Assembly: GCA_963789955.1 (NCBI GenBank)
Contig: CAWBMV010000037.1
Coordinates: forward strand, 160,001 to 224,000
Source: an uncultured Candidatus Rokubacteria bacterium
GTDB lineage: Bacteria; Methylomirabilota; Methylomirabilia; Rokubacteriales; CSP1-6
Direction: 5' to 3'
Length of the DNA: 64,000 bases
Shown: in pieces, positions 10,580 through 20,177 of the stretch
How positions within the stretch are numbered: position 1 is the first letter of the stretch
How the letters are laid out: every line of letters starts with the position of its first letter
Translations under genes and position numbers: made by a program
Notes under the pieces: model-generated
What the model was told of the DNA's origin: nothing
What the model saw: only the letters and a program-made list of their open reading frames with translations
Database searches by the model: none

Positions 10580-10903
10580 GTGAGGACGCGCCGGATTATT
10601 CTGCTCCTGACCGCGTGGCTGTCGTTCGACCTCGCCACGCCCCTGCCCGGCGCCTTCGAGTTCGAGATCCAGGACTCCGAGATCGAGCACTCCGTCCAGG
10701 CCGGGCGCGAAACTCACGCCAAGCGCGCGACCGCCTCGGCCCGGTCGACCGCGCGCGAGCGCGTCGAGCCTGACCGACCGGCGCGGCCGTCCGCCGTGCC
10801 CGCGTCGTTGATCGGCTCGGCCGCCGTCGACCTCTGGGTCAGGCAGGTCAGGCTCGCGCATCGACCGTCCGCCAGTCGCGCCTCGTCTCCCGAAGATCAC
10901 TAG
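10580..10903 (+). CDS. Hypothetical protein with N-terminal hydrophobic segment
   Basis: 107-aa ORF filling the gap; TACAAT just upstream. Confidence 0.5.
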   Translation: MRTRRIILLLTAWLSFDLATPLPGAFEFEIQDSEIEHSVQAGRETHAKRATASARSTARERVEPDRPARPSAVPASLIGSAAVDLWVRQVRLAHRPSASRASSPEDH

Positions 10904-11015
10904 CTCCGTCGTCCCGCTCGTCTCCTGACTCACGCCGCTTTCGGGCGGCGGGGCCCCAGCCCCGCGACGGCCCGCGGCGCGCACTTCGCACGTTTTTTAC
11001 CCGGGGAGACACGAG

Positions 11016-11111
11016 ATGACAGTCAATCGCATCGAGGGCCTGGCGATCGCCGTCATGCTGATCGTGGTGGGGCGCCTGCTGGTCGCGCTGCTCAAGGCGT
11101 TGGTGGAGTAA
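11016..11111 (+). CDS. 31-aa single-pass membrane peptide
   Basis: GGGGAG RBS, ATG, MTVNRIEGLAIAVMLIVVGRLLVALLKALVE*, ends 3 nt before the terC-like gene. Confidence 0.6.
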   Translation: MTVNRIEGLAIAVMLIVVGRLLVALLKALVE

Positions 11112-11114
11112 CGT

Positions 11115-11807
11115 ATGATCTTTTTGATGGACCCGGAATTCTGGGCGAGGGTGCTCGGCATCATCATCATCGATCTCACGCTCGCCGGCGACAACGCGCT
11201 CGTCATCGCCCTCGCCGTCAGAAACCTGCCCAAGCGTCAGCAGTTCTTGGGCCGGATCTGGGGCACCGCCGGCGCCGTCGGCCTGCGGCTGGCGTTCATC
11301 GCGATCGCCACGCAGTTGCTGCGGATTCCGTTCCTCCAGCTCGTCGGCGGCCTGCTGCTCCTCTGGATCGCATTCAAGCTCGTGCGTCACGAGACGGGCC
11401 CCGAAGGACACGTCCGTGAGGGCGGATCGCTTCGCGAAGCCATCTGGATCATCATCGTTGCCGACGCCATCATGAGCCTCGACAACGTGCTCGCCGTCGC
11501 CGCCGCGGCCGACGGCGACATGAAGCTGGTCGTCTTCGGCATCGCGCTGTCGATCCCGATCGTCGTCTGGGGCAGCGGGATCCTCGCCACCCTGATGAAT
11601 CGATTCATCTGGATCATCTGGATCGGCGGCGGCATCCTTGGCTACGTCGCGGGCGCGATGATCATGAAGGACAAAGGGTTCGGCTGGATCGACCACTCGT
11701 CGCCGGTCGTGCAGTGGCTGCCGGTAGTGCCGGCCGTGATCATCTTCGTCCTGGGCTGGTGGTTCAACTCTCAGAACGGCAGAAAGAAGGTGCCGGGCCA
11801 CGCCTGA
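11115..11807 (+). CDS. TerC family (YjbE-like) membrane protein
   Basis: IDLTLAGDNALVIALA and ADAIMSLDNVLAVA motifs. Confidence 0.92.
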   Translation: MIFLMDPEFWARVLGIIIIDLTLAGDNALVIALAVRNLPKRQQFLGRIWGTAGAVGLRLAFIAIATQLLRIPFLQLVGGLLLLWIAFKLVRHETGPEGHVREGGSLREAIWIIIVADAIMSLDNVLAVAAAADGDMKLVVFGIALSIPIVVWGSGILATLMNRFIWIIWIGGGILGYVAGAMIMKDKGFGWIDHSSPVVQWLPVVPAVIIFVLGWWFNSQNGRKKVPGHA

Positions 11808-11826
11808 TTCAGTATCCTAGGCGCCT

Positions 11827-13182
11827 ATGGCGCAAGACCTCCGCAGCTATCTCGATCTCGTCAAGCGGCGCAAGCCCGGCGATTTCGAGATCGTCTCGAA
11901 GCCCGTCGACCCGCGCTTCGAGATCACGGCGCTCGTCGTCAAGCTCGAGCGCGAGGGCAAGCGCCGGCCGGTCATCCTCTTCGAGAACGTCAAGGGCACG
12001 CGCTTCCCCGTCCTGACCAATCTGCACGCCAGCCGCCCGCGCCTGGCCGCCGCGATGAACGCGGCGCCCGAGGCGACGCAGGCGACCTACCTGCGCGCGA
12101 TGGACAAGCCGCTTATCCCGAAGGTCGTGCCGAGCGGCCCCGTGCACGAGGTGGTGCTCGAAGGGGATCAGGTCAACCTCTACGATCTGCCCCAGATCGT
12201 CCATCACGAGGGCGACGCCGGCCCGTACGTCACGGCGGCGATCTCGTTCGCGAAAGACCCGACGCGCGAGATCTGGAACTGCGCCTACAACCGCCTGCAG
12301 ATCAAGAGCCGCAACACGACGTCGATTCACCTGACGACGGGCAAGCACCTGTGGGAGTTCCAGCGGATCGCCGAGGCGCGCGACGAGCCCCTGCCGCTGG
12401 CACTCGTGATCGGCGTCCATCCGGCGATCGCGCTCGGCGCCCTCGCGATCGGCTCGATCGACGAGGACGAGCGCGGCATCATGGGCGGGCTCCTCGGTGA
12501 GCCGCTCGAGCTCGTGAAGTGCCGCACCTCCGACGTGCTGGTGCCGGCGCACGCCGAGCTCGTGCTCGAGTGCGAGATCCTGCCGCGCCAGCGCACACCC
12601 GAAGGGCCGTTCGGCGAGTTCACCGGCTACAGCCTGGGCGAGCGCCAGCGGGAGATCGTCAACGTGAAGGCGATCACGCACCGGCGGGACGCGATCTTCC
12701 AGGACATCACGGTCGCCCATCTGGATCACATGCTCCTGTCGACGATCCCGATGGAGGCGAACCTGTTCCGCGCGGTGCGCGCGATGGTGCCGTCGGTCAA
12801 GGCGGTCCGCGTCCCCGGGCCGTTCACCTGCTTCGTCTCGATCGAGCAGCGCATTCCCGGCCAGGCGAAGAACGCGATCCTCGCGGCGCTCGGCGCCGAT
12901 CTCTACATGAAGCGCATCGTGGTGGTCGACGAGGATGTGGACGTGTTCGACGACCGCCAGGTGAACTGGGCGATCGCGACGCGCTGCCAGCCCGACCGCG
13001 ACATCACGATCATCACCAACGCGCGCGGCTCCGATCTCGATCCGTCGGCCCGCGATGACGGCCACACCGCGAAGTGGGGCGTGGACGCCACGGCCAAGCC
13101 CTCGCTCGCGTCGTACACGCCGCGTCACCGCGTGCCGCCCGACGTCTGGAAGCGGATCGACCTCAAAGACTTCTTCGCCTGA
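11827..13182 (+). CDS. UbiD family (prFMN-dependent) decarboxylase
   Basis: DLRSYL, ILFENVKG, EGPFGEFTGY, VDEDVDVFD..VNWAIATR, KWGVDAT. Confidence 0.92.
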   Translation: MAQDLRSYLDLVKRRKPGDFEIVSKPVDPRFEITALVVKLEREGKRRPVILFENVKGTRFPVLTNLHASRPRLAAAMNAAPEATQATYLRAMDKPLIPKVVPSGPVHEVVLEGDQVNLYDLPQIVHHEGDAGPYVTAAISFAKDPTREIWNCAYNRLQIKSRNTTSIHLTTGKHLWEFQRIAEARDEPLPLALVIGVHPAIALGALAIGSIDEDERGIMGGLLGEPLELVKCRTSDVLVPAHAELVLECEILPRQRTPEGPFGEFTGYSLGERQREIVNVKAITHRRDAIFQDITVAHLDHMLLSTIPMEANLFRAVRAMVPSVKAVRVPGPFTCFVSIEQRIPGQAKNAILAALGADLYMKRIVVVDEDVDVFDDRQVNWAIATRCQPDRDITIITNARGSDLDPSARDDGHTAKWGVDATAKPSLASYTPRHRVPPDVWKRIDLKDFFA

Positions 13183-13190
13183 ACCGCTCC

Positions 13191-14579
13191 GTGGCGGAGA
13201 ACTTCGCCCGGCGCCTCGAAGTCACCGCGCGCCACACGCCTGAAAAACTCGCGCTCGTCTGGGACGACGGGGCGCTCACGTTCGGCGAGCTCGACCGGCG
13301 GGCGAGCGAATTCGCCGAGAACCTCGCCGCCGGCGGCGTGAAGGCCGGCGACAGCGTCGCGCTTTCGATCGGAAACCATTGGGCCTTCGCCGTCGCGCTC
13401 ATCGCGGGCTGGAAGCTCGGCGCGACGGTGGCGCCGCTCGACAAGCTTCTGAAGGAAGAGGAGCGCGCGGAGATCCTTGACGACCTCGCGCCAGCCCTGT
13501 TCATCGACGAGGCGGACGTCCCGGTCCTCCGGCCTCGTGCGGCCGCCAGGCCGGCGGCCACGGGAGCCGCGTCCGGCGCGGCGCTGATTCTCTACACGTC
13601 CGGCAGCACCGGGCGCCCGAAGGGCGCGGTGCTTTCCCACACGGCGCTCGAGCTGGCGATCGAGTCGTGGGCGGGACCGGTCATGGCACTGGTGGCCGCA
13701 GATGTCGTGCTGGCGACGCTCCCGCTCGCGCACTCGTTCGGTCTCAACGGCGCGTTGCTCGCTCCCCTGCTCGTCGGCGCCACCGTCGTGCTGGCAGACA
13801 GGTTCGCGCCCGATCGGGTGGTCGAGGCGATCCGTCGCCATCGCGTGACCGTCTTTCCCGGGGTCGCGACGATGTTTCGCCGACTCCTGGACACAACGGA
13901 GCTCGCGTCCGCCGATCTCAGCTCTGTTCGCATCGCGGTCTCCGGCGCGGCCCCCTGTCCGTGGGAGCTCGCCGAGCGCTGGCGCGGCCGGACGGGAATC
14001 CGGATCGTACGCGGCTACGGGATGACCGAGCTCTTTCGGCCGATCTCCTATCAGGCGGCGAGCCCGACCGAGTCACCTGACTCGATCGGCTGGCCGGTAC
14101 CCGGCGTCGAGATTCGAATCGTCGACGACGAGCTCTGGATCAAGAGCCCGTCGGCGATGGACGCCTACATCAATGCGCCCGACGATACGCGCGACGTGCT
14201 GGTGGATGGCTGGTTCCGTACCGGCGATCTGGCGACGGTCAGCGCCGACGGCTTGGTCACCATCGTCGGCCGCAAGCGCGAGCGCATCCTCCGCGGCGGC
14301 TATTCGGTGTTCCCTCCGGAGGTCGAGGCGGTGCTTCTCACGCACCCGGCGGTGGCCGAAGCCGCCGTCCTCGGCATGCCCCACCCAGAGCTCGGCGAAG
14401 ACGTCGCCGCCTTCGTCGCGCTTCGTCCTCACCAGGTGGCCACCGCCGATGAGCTGATCGCCCACTGTCGCGATCGGCTGGCGGCGTTCAAGTACCCGAG
14501 ACGGCTCATCATGCTCGACGCGCTGCCGAAGTCGCCGACCGGCAAAGTCTTGAAGTCCAAGCTCACGTCCCGGCTGTAG
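13191..14579 (+). CDS. Class I adenylate-forming enzyme (acyl-CoA ligase)
   Basis: YTSGSTGRPKG, GYGMTE, GWFRTGD, LPKSPTGKVLK. Confidence 0.9.
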   Translation: MAENFARRLEVTARHTPEKLALVWDDGALTFGELDRRASEFAENLAAGGVKAGDSVALSIGNHWAFAVALIAGWKLGATVAPLDKLLKEEERAEILDDLAPALFIDEADVPVLRPRAAARPAATGAASGAALILYTSGSTGRPKGAVLSHTALELAIESWAGPVMALVAADVVLATLPLAHSFGLNGALLAPLLVGATVVLADRFAPDRVVEAIRRHRVTVFPGVATMFRRLLDTTELASADLSSVRIAVSGAAPCPWELAERWRGRTGIRIVRGYGMTELFRPISYQAASPTESPDSIGWPVPGVEIRIVDDELWIKSPSAMDAYINAPDDTRDVLVDGWFRTGDLATVSADGLVTIVGRKRERILRGGYSVFPPEVEAVLLTHPAVAEAAVLGMPHPELGEDVAAFVALRPHQVATADELIAHCRDRLAAFKYPRRLIMLDALPKSPTGKVLKSKLTSRL

Positions 14580-14582
14580 GTT

Positions 14583-15026
14583 ATGCGGAGCCCCTTGCGC
14601 CCAGTGCCCGCCGCCGTCGAGCGCTGGATCTTCGCGGCGCGCGCGCTGCGCTGGCTCGACACTCTCGCCGCGTGGCTCGCCCTCTGGGTCGTCGCGGCGA
14701 TGGCTTTCCCGGAGGTGGCGCGCTCGCGGCTGGCGGTCGCGGCCGCCCTCGTCGTCGGGGTCGGGGCGCTCATTCGTCCGCTTCGGACGCGCTGGCGTCC
14801 GGCGAGCGGAACCGTCGCGCTCGTCCTGAGCGCGCGGCTCTCCGCAGGCGATCACGCGTGGTACGTGCGACCTGGCCGCGCCGAGCGCGTCCTGATCACG
14901 GCACGCCGCCGGACACGCATCGTGATCGTGCGCCTCAACGACGAGGGCGCCGAAGGGCTCAGCGTGCGCCGCACGCGAGTCCTGCTCGTGCCGGCCGACG
15001 AGCCGGCTTCGCATCCTCCCGGCTAG
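14583..15026 (+). CDS. Hypothetical membrane protein
   Basis: ORF 3 nt after the ligase; two hydrophobic segments. Confidence 0.55.
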   Translation: MRSPLRPVPAAVERWIFAARALRWLDTLAAWLALWVVAAMAFPEVARSRLAVAAALVVGVGALIRPLRTRWRPASGTVALVLSARLSAGDHAWYVRPGRAERVLITARRRTRIVIVRLNDEGAEGLSVRRTRVLLVPADEPASHPPG

Positions 15027-15048
15027 GCCGACCGCGAGCGACCGATCA

Positions 15049-15873
15049 TCAGTTTCGCTCGGCCAGGGTCTGACGAACTCGCCGCAGCTCTTCCTTGAAC
15101 GCCGCGGCGTCGCGGGCTTGAGGATATCGCGTCAGGTAGCGCTCCCATTCCGAGGCGCCCCGGTGCAGCTCACCGAGCTTGACGAGAACGGTGCCGCGAT
15201 CGCGCACGTGCATCGGCGCGTCGGTTTCGACGAGGAGCAGACGGTCGATGACGGCGAGCGCCTTCGCCCAGTCCTCGCGGCGCGCGTAGATACTCTGGAG
15301 GTTCCGGAGCATGCGCACGACGATCTGGGCTTTCGTCGCCGGGACGAAGTGCGCGTCGGTGAGCTCGACCTGGCGCCCCACGGCGCGCGAGGCGATCGCC
15401 TCGGCCTCGTCGCGCTCGAGCCGCCGGCCGCCGCCGAACGGGTCCAGTAGCACCAGCTCGTCGCCGACGCGAGCCCCCACACAGAAATGACCGGGCAGGC
15501 CGATCCCCTGGATCTCCAGGCCCACCCGACGGCCGACCTCCATGATCAGGACCGAGAGGGTGATCGGGATACCGAGCTGGCGATCGAGGACATCGTTGAG
15601 GCAGCTGTTGCGCGGGTCGTAGTAGTCGTCGGCGTTACCGCGGAAGCCGGCTTCGTCGAACAGGAAGTCACGCAATCGCTCGAGCGCGCGGCGGCGATCG
15701 CCGAGCTTCGCCGCGGCGGAGCGGGCCGCGAGCTCGTCGAGCCTCGTGAGCGAGTGCTCCGGCACCAGGTCGGGATACTCGATCCGCGCCACCGCGAGCG
15801 CGGCGCCGCCGAGATCGATCTCGGAGCCACTCACGAGGTCCCGGAAGTCGTGGAGCGCGCGGTCGACGTCCAC
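15049..15873 (-). CDS. SirB1-family transglutaminase-like protein with TPR C-terminus
   Basis: GFRGNADDYYDPRNSCLNDVLDR.LGIPITLS, GLPGHF, RMLRNL. Confidence 0.9.
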   Translation of the reverse strand: MDVDRALHDFRDLVSGSEIDLGGAALAVARIEYPDLVPEHSLTRLDELAARSAAAKLGDRRRALERLRDFLFDEAGFRGNADDYYDPRNSCLNDVLDRQLGIPITLSVLIMEVGRRVGLEIQGIGLPGHFCVGARVGDELVLLDPFGGGRRLERDEAEAIASRAVGRQVELTDAHFVPATKAQIVVRMLRNLQSIYARREDWAKALAVIDRLLLVETDAPMHVRDRGTVLVKLGELHRGASEWERYLTRYPQARDAAAFKEELRRVRQTLAERN

Positions 15874-15880
15874 AGCTCTC

Positions 15881-16540
15881 TTAGCAGCCCGGGGCGTGGT
15901 GGATGCCCGCGGTCGCCAGCGCCTTCTTCTGCAGCTCGTCGGCGAGCTCCAGGGTCCGGCGGGCCGCACGGGACGCCGCCGCCTGAGCGTCCGGCGTGGT
16001 CGCGAGCCGGAGCAAGAGCGTCCGCCCGAGCTCGTGGTGATAGCGCTCGTCGGGCTCGATCACGTCGCGATACATCGCGGCCGTCTCGCGATCACCCGCG
16101 TGGTCGCAGAACTCGATGAACTGCCGGTTCTTCACGACCGCGATCGCCTCGCGGGTGAACTGGCCGGCCGCGATCCGCTCGACCGTCGACGTGAGCGTAT
16201 CGAGGTACTGAAAGAGAGGGCCGTAGCCCTTCGCCAGCGGATCGAACGATTTCGCATCGAACCCGAGCGCGCGCAGCCGCTCGGCGATCATCCGGTAGTG
16301 CTTCGCCTCGTCGCCGACCTGCCGGGCGAGCGCCAGCTTCACGTCGACGTCGTCGGTGGTGACGAGCCAGCGCGCCGCGATCTCGGTGGCCTCGATCTCG
16401 TTCCGGAGCGCCACCTTGAGGAGATTGAGCACGTTGAGGTCGCCCTCGACTTCGGGCTTCAGGGTGTCGGCGGGCGCCAGCAGGCTGAGGCGCTTCTGGT
16501 TCTCGCCGTCGAGCTGGGCGACGAACTCCTGGGCAGTCAT
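15881..16540 (-). CDS. Ferritin-like (diiron four-helix) domain protein
   Basis: Paired DEAKH and DERYH iron-ligand motifs. Confidence 0.75.
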   Translation of the reverse strand: MTAQEFVAQLDGENQKRLSLLAPADTLKPEVEGDLNVLNLLKVALRNEIEATEIAARWLVTTDDVDVKLALARQVGDEAKHYRMIAERLRALGFDAKSFDPLAKGYGPLFQYLDTLTSTVERIAAGQFTREAIAVVKNRQFIEFCDHAGDRETAAMYRDVIEPDERYHHELGRTLLLRLATTPDAQAAASRAARRTLELADELQKKALATAGIHHAPGC

Positions 16541-16920
16541 GCGGTCACTCCTTCTTTCAGCAAGCGCGGCAGGTCCTGGGTCAGCGTCTCTTTCGTCACG
16601 ACGCGATCGCAGCGCGAGTGCCAGGGCTGAGTCTGCCGCCCCAGCGCGTGGGTCGTGTAGCCGAGCACGGGCGGGCGGGCGCCGGCGAGCGCGGTGAAAA
16701 TCCGCTCGTAGTCGTAGCCGGCGGTCAGGTCGATCAGCACGAGCCGCGGCGCGTGCGCCAGTGAGGCCTCGATCTGCTCGGGAGTTCGCGCGAACTCGAC
16801 CCGCACGCCAGCGAGCCGGCCGGTTTCCCGGATGCGCGCCACGAAGAAAAGGTCGGTGACGACGGCGAGGACCGGCGCCTCACCATCCCCGGCCTGGCCG
16901 GGATCAGTCGTCTTGTTCAC
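16537..16920 (-). CDS. Atypical receiver-like single-domain protein
   Basis: VTDLFF..RI, PRLVLIDL, PVLGYTTH pattern of a CheY-like fold. Confidence 0.6.
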   Translation of the reverse strand: MNKTTDPGQAGDGEAPVLAVVTDLFFVARIRETGRLAGVRVEFARTPEQIEASLAHAPRLVLIDLTAGYDYERIFTALAGARPPVLGYTTHALGRQTQPWHSRCDRVVTKETLTQDLPRLLKEGVTA

Positions 16921-17452
16921 GGATGCCGAGCCAGTGCTTGTTCCACTCGGCGACGTAGGAAAGGGTGGCGAGGTTGCGCATGCGGTCGAGGTAGACCATC
17001 CCGTTCAGATGATCGGTCTCGTGCTGGCACACACGTGCGAAGAAGTCCTTCGCGATGACGTCGACCGTCTGGCCCTCTCGGTCGAGGCACTGCAGGCGCA
17101 CCGAGGTGTAGCGAGGAACCATTCCGCGCATGTCGGGGACCGACAGACAACCTTCCCAGCCCTCTTCCATCTCGTCGGTGAGCGGAGTCACGACCGGATT
17201 GACCAGGACCATCAGGGGCACCGCCGGCGCGTCCGGGTAGCGGGGGTTGCCGAGCACCTCGAGGACGGCGATCTGCTTGAGGGTGTGCACCTGGGTGGCC
17301 GCCAGCCCCGCGCCGTCGTACTCGCGCATCGTCTCGATCATGTCGTCGATGAGGCGCTGCACCGCCGACGTGCGGAGCGACGCGGGATCGACGCGCTCGG
17401 CGACTTTCCGAAGCACCGGATGGCCGAGCCGCGCGACTTTCAGAATCGCCAT
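16904..17452 (-). CDS. def: Peptide deformylase
   Basis: GAGLAATQV, EGCLSVP, QHETDHLNG. Confidence 0.95.
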   Translation of the reverse strand: MAILKVARLGHPVLRKVAERVDPASLRTSAVQRLIDDMIETMREYDGAGLAATQVHTLKQIAVLEVLGNPRYPDAPAVPLMVLVNPVVTPLTDEMEEGWEGCLSVPDMRGMVPRYTSVRLQCLDREGQTVDVIAKDFFARVCQHETDHLNGMVYLDRMRNLATLSYVAEWNKHWLGIREQDD

Positions 17453-17481
17453 AGTCCGTTTAATCCTACCATGGCCGGCGG

Positions 17482-19788
17482 CTAGCCCTTCGCGGCCAGC
17501 GCGCGCCAGATCTTTTCGGGGGTCAGCGGCATGTCGAGATGGGTCACGCCGAACGGCGCCAGCGCGTCGACGACGGCGTTCACCATCACCGGCGGAATCC
17601 CGATCGTGCCGGCCTCGCCGATCCCCTTGACGCCCAGCGGATTGTTCGGCGACGGCGTGTGGGCATGCCCGATCTCGGCATGCGGGACGTCGTCCGCCCG
17701 TGGAACGGCGTAGTCCATGAGCGTGCCGGCGAGCAGATGCCCGTCGCGATCGAGCACCGCGTCTTCCATCATCACCTGGCCCCAGCCCTGGGCGAGCGAG
17801 CCCTCGAGCTGACCGTCGGCCAGCAGCGGGTTCACGATCGTGCCGGCGTCGTCGAGCCATACGATGCGCTCGGGCGTCACGGTGCCGGTGTCGCGGTCGA
17901 TGCGCACCGAGACGACGAAGGCGCCCGCGCTCCACACCTCGCCCTCGGCGGTGAAAAAGCGCGTGGCCTCGAGCCCCGGCTCGGTGCCGGGCGGCAGTCC
18001 GGTACCGCGGTAGGCGAACTCGGCCACCCGCGCCCAGGTGACGTGACGCCCAGGCGCCCCGACGACTCCGAAGCCGCCGTCGACCGGGACGATATCTTGT
18101 GGACTGGCCTCGAGCATGCTCGCCGCGAACCTCCGCGCCTTCTCGCGCACGTCGCGCGACGCCAGCGCGAGCGCCGAACCGCCGAGCGCGGTGCTCCGGC
18201 TCCCGAACGTGCCGATCCCTTGCGGCGCGCCGTGCGTGTCTCCGTGGCGAACGGTCACCGCCTCCGGCGGCACGCCGAGCTCGTCGGCGATGATCTGCGC
18301 GAACGTCGTCTCATGGCCCTGGCCGTGGGCGCTCGAGCCGGTGACGGCGAGCACGGCGCCGGTCGACTCGACCCGCACCTGCCCGCTCTCCCAGCCGAGG
18401 CCCGACGGCTCGACGTACGTCGCGACGCCGACGCCGACGATCTCGCCGCGGGCCCGTCGCGCCGCCTGCGCGCGGCGAAGCCCGGAATAGTCGGCCATGG
18501 CGAGCGTGCGGTCCAGCAGATCGGCGTAATCGCCCGAGTCGTAGACCTGTCCCGTCGCGGTCTTGAACGGAAAGCGCTCCTTGGGGATGAGATTGCGCCG
18601 GCGCAGCTCGACCGGATCGACCTTCAAGGTGCGCGCGGCCTCGTCGACGAGCCGCTCGATCAGGAACGCCGCCTCCGGGCGCCCGGCGCCACGATAGGCG
18701 CCGATCGGCGGCGTCGTGGTGAACACGCCGACCGACTCGATGTCCACGTGCTCGATCAGATAGGAGCCCGGCAGGCACCGGCCGTGGTTCTGCGGCGTGC
18801 CGCCCACCGTGACGGCGAGGCTCGACCCGAGAGGCTGGCGGATTCGCGCACGCAGCCCGGTGATCCGGCCGTCGGCGTCGAGCGCCAGCTCGCCGGTCGA
18901 TTTGCCGCCGCGGCCGTGGTTGGTCGTGAGCAGATCCTCCGAGCGGGTCGACATCCACTTGACCGGCCGGCCGAGCCGGCGTGCGAGCCACGCGACGAGA
19001 ATCTCCTCGCGATAGGGACCGCCCTTCACGCCGAACCCGCCGCCCACATCGGGAGCGATCACGCGAACGCGCGCCTCGTCGAGACCGAGCATGCGGGCCA
19101 AGGAGGCGCGGATCCGGAAGGGCGACTGCGTCGACGTCCACATCGTGAGCTCGCCGGTGTCGGCATCCCAGCGAGCGAGGGCGCCGCGCGGCTCCATGGG
19201 CACGCCGCACAACCGCTGCTGCTGGACGGTCAAGGTCACGCGGTGAGCCGCGTCGCGGAACGCGCGCTCCGCATCGCCATGACGCCAGGCCACTGTGAGC
19301 GCCCGGTTGTCGCGGCTCACCGGCACGACCTGCGCGGCGCCCGCCGCCAGCGCGCCATCGGCGTCGGAGACGCCCTCGAGCGGCTCATACTCGATCGCGA
19401 GCCGATCGACTCCGTCCACCGCCGCGTAGGTCGACTCCGCGACCACCGCGGCGACGGGTACGCCCTGGGCCCGGACCACGTCGCCCGCGATCAGCGGGTA
19501 GTCGGGAACGAGCGTGCCGGGCGCCAGTCGCATCAGTGGGACCGGGCCGACCGAGTCGAGATCGCCGGCGACGACGACCGTGACGACACCCGGCGTCTTT
19601 TTCGCCGCAGCGGTGTCGAGCGAGCGAATCCGCGCATGGGCGTGCGGGCTCCTGGCCAGGATCAGGTGCAGGACGCCGGCGACTTTCAGATCGTCGACGA
19701 ACCGTCCGCGACCGGTGACGAGCGTCCGGTCTTCCCGGCGCTTCATCGGTCGTCCGACCCATCCGGTTGGCTCGGCCCCGTGCGTCAC
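17482..19788 (-). CDS. Xanthine dehydrogenase family molybdopterin-binding large subunit (CoxL form II-like)
   Basis: DVGGGFGVKG, AYRGAGRPE, HGQGHETTFAQI, GVKGIGEAG. Confidence 0.9.
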   Translation of the reverse strand: MTHGAEPTGWVGRPMKRREDRTLVTGRGRFVDDLKVAGVLHLILARSPHAHARIRSLDTAAAKKTPGVVTVVVAGDLDSVGPVPLMRLAPGTLVPDYPLIAGDVVRAQGVPVAAVVAESTYAAVDGVDRLAIEYEPLEGVSDADGALAAGAAQVVPVSRDNRALTVAWRHGDAERAFRDAAHRVTLTVQQQRLCGVPMEPRGALARWDADTGELTMWTSTQSPFRIRASLARMLGLDEARVRVIAPDVGGGFGVKGGPYREEILVAWLARRLGRPVKWMSTRSEDLLTTNHGRGGKSTGELALDADGRITGLRARIRQPLGSSLAVTVGGTPQNHGRCLPGSYLIEHVDIESVGVFTTTPPIGAYRGAGRPEAAFLIERLVDEAARTLKVDPVELRRRNLIPKERFPFKTATGQVYDSGDYADLLDRTLAMADYSGLRRAQAARRARGEIVGVGVATYVEPSGLGWESGQVRVESTGAVLAVTGSSAHGQGHETTFAQIIADELGVPPEAVTVRHGDTHGAPQGIGTFGSRSTALGGSALALASRDVREKARRFAASMLEASPQDIVPVDGGFGVVGAPGRHVTWARVAEFAYRGTGLPPGTEPGLEATRFFTAEGEVWSAGAFVVSVRIDRDTGTVTPERIVWLDDAGTIVNPLLADGQLEGSLAQGWGQVMMEDAVLDRDGHLLAGTLMDYAVPRADDVPHAEIGHAHTPSPNNPLGVKGIGEAGTIGIPPVMVNAVVDALAPFGVTHLDMPLTPEKIWRALAAKG

Positions 19789-20177
19789 GTGCGTCCACCT
19801 TTCGGGCGATAGCCGACGAGCTCGAGCAGGTTGCCGTCGGGATCGAGGAAGTAGAGGCAGTCGTGGTCACCCCAGTCGATCGGCGCGTGGTACGGCACGC
19901 CGCGCGCGGTGAAGAGCGCCTCGGCAGCCTTCAAATCGTCCCAGCCGACCTCGAAGGCGTGGTGGCTCTTGCCGAGCGGGTGGCGCACGTGCTCGAGGTC
20001 GGCGGGCGCGCGATCCGGCCGGAGGAAGAGCGCGCACGACGTCTCGCCGCCACGCATGACCACCTGATCGGCGAGGCGCATCTGGACGGACATCCCGAGG
20101 ACGTCGCGATAGAAGCTCTCGGCTCGTCCGAGATCGGCGACGTCGACACCGAAGTGATCGAGTCGCTTGACCTTCAC
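19785..20177 (-). CDS. VOC family protein
   Basis: LDHFGVDV, HHAFEV, YFLDPDGNLLEL. Confidence 0.85.
   Translation of the reverse strand: MKVKRLDHFGVDVADLGRAESFYRDVLGMSVQMRLADQVVMRGGETSCALFLRPDRAPADLEHVRHPLGKSHHAFEVGWDDLKAAEALFTARGVPYHAPIDWGDHDCLYFLDPDGNLLELVGYRPKGGRT

Noticed and set aside
8833..10638. Long antisense or alternate-frame ORFs (also 17539-19812, 44725-46611, 48817-50583 and others)
   Set aside because: Shadow ORFs of high-GC coding sequence; they overlap well-supported genes and lack motifs.
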